Source: Mobula hypostoma (taxonomy: Eukaryota). From it: DNA of 64,000 nucleotides. The position numbers and the translations under genes were made by a program. The stretch is taken from assembly GCF_963921235.1 (NCBI RefSeq), contig NC_086097.1:177384001-177448000 (forward strand), in the 5' to 3' direction. The notes beneath the pieces are model-generated. The model saw nothing but the letters and a program-made list of their open reading frames with translations, was not told the DNA's origin and did not search any database. How positions within the stretch are numbered: position 1 is the stretch's first letter; every line of letters begins with the position of its first letter. Positions 60,390 to 64,000 of the stretch are shown piece by piece.

Positions 60390-60803
60390 TAGAATAGATT
60401 GTGAGGACACTCAGTCCTCGTTTATTGTCATTTAGAAATGCATGCATTAAAAAATGATACAATGTTCCTCCAGAAAGATATCACAGAAACACAGGACAAA
60501 CCAAGACTAAAACTGACAAAACCACATAATTATAACATATAGTTACAACAGTGCAAAGCAATGCCGTAATTTGATAAAGAGCAGACCATCGGCACGGTAA
60601 AAAAAGTCTCAAGTCACGATAGCCCCATCATCTCACGCAGACGGTAGAAGGGAGAAACACTCCCTGCCATGAACTCCAAGTGCCACAAGCTTGCCAATGC
60701 ATTGGAAGCAGCCATCTGAAAACTTCAAGCCTCCGACACTGAGCACCATCTCTGCCGAGCGTTTCGACCCCACTCCGGCCACCGAGCAACAAGCAAAGCC
60801 GAG
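60390..60803 (-). mobile_element. Non-LTR retroelement 3' end, family not identified, with a terminal stem-loop
   Basis: Reverse complement ends GACAATAAAC-GAGGAC-TGAGT-GTCCTC-ACAATCTATTCTA: polyA-signal-like hexamer, hairpin, short tail. Confidence 0.5.
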
Positions 60804-60804
60804 G

Positions 60805-61085
60805 AACACACATCAAAGTTGCTGGTGAACGCAGCAGGCCAGGCAGCATCTCTAGGAAGAGGTACAGTCGACATTTCAGGCCGAGACCCTTCGTCAGTAC
60901 TAACTGAAGGAAGAGCTAGTAAGAGATTTGAAAGTGGGAGGGGAAGGGGAGATCCAAAATGATAGGAGGAGACAGGAGGGGGAGGGATGGAGCCAAGAGC
61001 TGGACAGGTGATTGGCAAAAGGGGTATGAGAGGATCATGGGACAGGAGGCCCAGGGAGAGAGAAAAAAGGGGGAGGTGGGGAAAA
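60805..61085 (-). mobile_element. Young Penelope-like terminal repeat with hammerhead motif (60866-60901)
   Basis: Near-identical to the 52759-52878 arm. Minus strand reads AGTA-CTGACGA-AGGGTCTCGGCCT-GAAAT-GTC-GACT. Confidence 0.75.
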
Positions 61086-61099
61086 TCCCAGAGGTTCGT

Positions 61100-62758
61100 A
61101 TGAGTATTACAACCAAGGATTTTGTTCAATTTAACGGAGAATTTTTATTTGTGAATCGCATGCTCTTTCTTTCCACAGTAGAGCCCAAAACGGGGAAAAC
61201 TGTAAAGCATGTAAAACCAAGCAATCAAAAACTGAAATATAAACCATTCAAAACTCTTTCTCCCCCCTCCCCCCCCCGCCACCACCTTACTCAGGTGATG
61301 CCTGGAGTGGATGATCTTGCAGTCTAGCCAGAGATGTTCAGTCAAGTTAAGGTCTGGACTGTGACTGGGCCACTCAACGACATCAATTTTCTTCATTTGA
61401 AGCCACTCCATGGTTGCTATGACTTTGGGTCATTGTCCTGCTGAACTACTCCCCAGTTTAAGCTTTCTGGCAGAGGCTAGCAGATGTTTTTTTAGGCCAG
61501 GATTTCTTTGTTCTCGGCAGCATTTATCTTCCCATTCATCCTGACCAGATTTCCAGTCCCTGCTGCTGAAAAGCATCCCCATTTCATGATGCCTCTGCCA
61601 TATTTCACCGCAGGGATGGTGTTACCAGGCTGAATAAGTACCTTTATTGTGCAAGGCCTTGGAGATTGTGAGACATGAACTTCATGTCCAGATGCAGCCA
61701 CTGACTTCTGCATCTCACTCAGACTGTTGGCATCAGAGTAGTCTCTCTTACAAGTGCCATTCTTCTCTAGTGACTACAAGTTTAGAGGGGGCAGCCTGAC
61801 CTAGGCAGTGTGTTTGTGGTTTCACTCCAGCTGCGCTCCCAGTGTCTTCCTTTGAGATAATCTTGTGTCCATTCTCTGTTATCATTTGTGCTTCTCTGTT
61901 ATCATTTCTCAGAATGTTCAGTTGTCTTCTTTTTGGTTTGGTCTGTTGAAAATCTACCATTCTGTTGGGTGAGTTGGTACTGTAATGCTGTATATTGCAC
62001 CTGAGGAAAGTTATTGTAGTAATTACAAAGGAGGTGATTATTTTTTTCAGCCTCACAATTTTGGTTTTATTTTGATTGACTGGTTTTGGAAGTTTTTGAT
62101 TTAGCATAATGCACAATGATTTTTAGATTACAAGTGTTCCCTGCTTTCCGAATGTTCTCTTTACGTTTCGCTTTTACGAAAGACCTACATTACTACCTGT
62201 TTTCATTAACCAAAAGAGGATTTTCGCTTTTACGAAAAAAGACGCTCGCTTTAAACTTGTGTTTACCCCGAGAAAGACTACCATGACCATGAAGCTTTGC
62301 GCGGGCAGGTGTGCACGCATGCGTACGTGCACATGCGTGTACCTGCCGATATTTTTTTTTCCCAACAAATTGATTTTGGCTCAGACTTCCCGATTCTGTT
62401 CAGTGAAACTATACTGCACGTGCATTATTTCTACTTTATGTAGGCTGTGTATTTATCATATCATTCCTGCTTTTACTATATGTTAGTGTTACTTTAGGTT
62501 TTATATGCTAGTTAGTATGATTTGGTAGGTTATTTTTTGGGTCGGGGAACGGTCAAAAAAATTTTCCCATATGAATGGTAATTGCTTCTTCGCTTTACGC
62601 CATTTTGGCTTACGAACGGTTTCATAGGAACACTCTACCTTCGGTTGGCAGGGGAAACCTGTAGCTCAAAATGTGACTTCATTATATGTTAAATTTAGAA
62701 AAATTGACAGCAAAATGTGAAAATAATTGTGGGGGCTGAATTCTTTTCCAAGGCCCTC
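61100..62758 (-). mobile_element. Degenerate Tc1-family (DD34E) transposon, interrupted by a MITE
   Basis: [18 protein letters not shown] (61145-61411) and [32 protein letters not shown] (61492-61713) are Tc1 transposase motifs. GGGGGCTGAATTCTTTTCCAAGGCCCT near 62731-62757 resembles a Tc1 TIR end. Left boundary approximate. Confidence 0.8.
62131..62661 (+). mobile_element. Tigger-derived MITE (531 bp), related to 53303-54760
   Basis: TA|CAAGTGTTCCCTGC...GCAGGGGAAACCTG|TA. Shares both ends with the 53303 element (TTACGAAAGACCTACATTA; TATTTCTACTTTAT..GGCTGTGTATTTATCATATCATTCCTGCTTTTAC; AATGGTAATTGCTTCTTCGCTTTACG). Confidence 0.9.
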
Positions 62759-62790
62759 ATAATTTTGTATACCTCTAAGAACTCTTCACT

Positions 62791-62826
62791 AGTCCTGACG
62801 AAGGGTCTTGGCCCGAAACATCGACT
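62791..62826 (+). ncRNA. Minimal type I hammerhead ribozyme motif (most complete copy) in a Penelope-like terminal repeat (to ~62890)
   Basis: AGTC (helix I), CTGACGA, A, GGGTC-TT-GGCCC (helix II), GAAAC, ATC, GACT (helix I'). One G>A change in helix III relative to the consensus. Confidence 0.7.
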
Positions 62827-63164
62827 GTACTTCTTCCGATAGATGCTGCCTAGCCTGCTGCGTTCACCAGCATTTTATGTGTGTTGCTAAGATCTCTTCA
62901 TTCTCTTGTTTCAAGGAATAAAATACTGACTTAATCAACCTTTCCCTATCATACCAGGGCCTCAAGTCCCAGCAACATCCTTGTAAATCAACAACCTTGT
63001 TGCTGTGCCACAGTTGCTTTGGTAACCAAATGATTGGTCCAAACAATATATTTTGAGGAAGTTTAGGGAGAGGATTCCAGACTTGAAGCAAAGGCAGGGT
63101 TGCCAAGGAGTGGATGTATGTTGGACAGAGATTTAGAACTGGGAACTAGTATGATTAGAGATGT

Positions 63165-64000
63165 AGAGGGGAGTGAAACCACGGGTTGGCAGTCAGTGGT
63201 GAGCGGTGTGCCACAGGGGTCGGGGCGCTGGTCCTGCAACTGTTCGCAATTTACATTAACGATCTGGATCAGGGGATGAGTGTGAGTGTAGTGTGTGCAA
63301 GTTTGCAAATTGAGTGGAAAAACAAATTGTGCTGAAGATATGATGTGACGTGTGGATGGAGATTCTCTCTGTGTCTGACCCTGGGTGTATCTGATGTGAC
63401 GGGAATCTGCAGAGAGATAGGGATAGGTTAAGTGAGTGGGCAATGGTCTGGCAGCTGGAATGCAATGTTGGTAAATGCAAAGTCATCCACTTTGGAAGGA
63501 AAAATGGAAGATCAGATTATTATTTAAAGGGTAGAGGATTGTAGTATGCTGCTATGCAGAAGGATTTGGGAGTCCTTGTGTAGAAATCATGAAAGGTTGG
63601 TTTGCAGGTGCAGCAGGCTATCAAGAAGGCAAATGGAACGTTGGCCTTCATTGCTAGAGGGATTGAATTTAAGAGCAAGGAGTTTATGCTGCAACTGTGC
63701 AGGGTACTGGTGAGGCCGCACCTGGAGTACTGCTGCAGTTCTGGTCTCCTTACTTGAGGAAGGATATACTGGCTTTGGAGGTGGTGCATAGGACGTTCAC
63801 CAGGTTGATTCCAGAGCTGAAAGGGTTAGAATGTGAGGAGAGATTGAGTCGCCTGGGACTGTACTTGCTGGAATTCAGAAGAATGAGAGATCTTATAGAA
63901 ACACCAAATTTGACAGGGATAGGTAAGTTGGAGGCAGGAAAGTTGTTTCCACAGGGAGGTGAGACTAGAACTAGGGGACATAGCCTCAAGATTCGGGGGA
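63165..64000 (+). mobile_element. CR1 RT fragment, runs off the window
   Basis: SGVPQGS, IYINDLD, KVIHFGRKN, RPHLEYC, RLSRLGLYLLEFRRMR, ETRTRGHSLKIRG motifs. Confidence 0.9.

Larger units (their letters stand above)
923..64000 (+). other. Putative first intron (>63 kb, runs past the window end)
   Basis: Donor at 923. Downstream sequence is mostly TE fragments; no exon continuing a signal peptide was recognised, though a small exon could be missed. Confidence 0.55.

Overview
Eukaryotic, vertebrate DNA. The repeat repertoire (CR1 LINEs with an SGNH-esterase ORF1, V-SINE/HE1-like and Deu-domain SINEs, Rex1/Babar-like LINE ends, Penelope-like terminal repeats) points to a cartilaginous fish, probably a ray; this is inference. 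The window opens on a CpG-island promoter with a short first coding exon (ATG 878, MVRTEAAVLLAAVLW, signal-peptide-like, GTAAGT donor at 923). The remaining ~63 kb reads as one transposon-filled first intron, and I found no convincing second exon. Most ORF-track entries are spurious or retroelement fragments. Main observations: (1) a dispersed family of minimal type I hammerhead-ribozyme motifs (consensus AGTC-CTGAYGA-A-GGGTCTCGGCCY-GAAAC-GTC-GACT) in Penelope-like terminal repeats, often as inverted pairs, one with a 14-15 bp target-site duplication; (2) a perfect 29-bp hairpin with an (AC)5 loop; (3) a ~4.2-kb tandem duplication whose copies diverge most around a copy-specific 3.1-kb CR1 insertion and a 284-bp indel; (4) an exact 335-bp tandem duplication; (5) three ACTTTGTAT motifs at exact 28-bp spacing upstream of the ATG; (6) a 74-bp in-place microinversion; (7) a Tigger/pogo deletion derivative and its related MITE. 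All identities and counts were made by eye.
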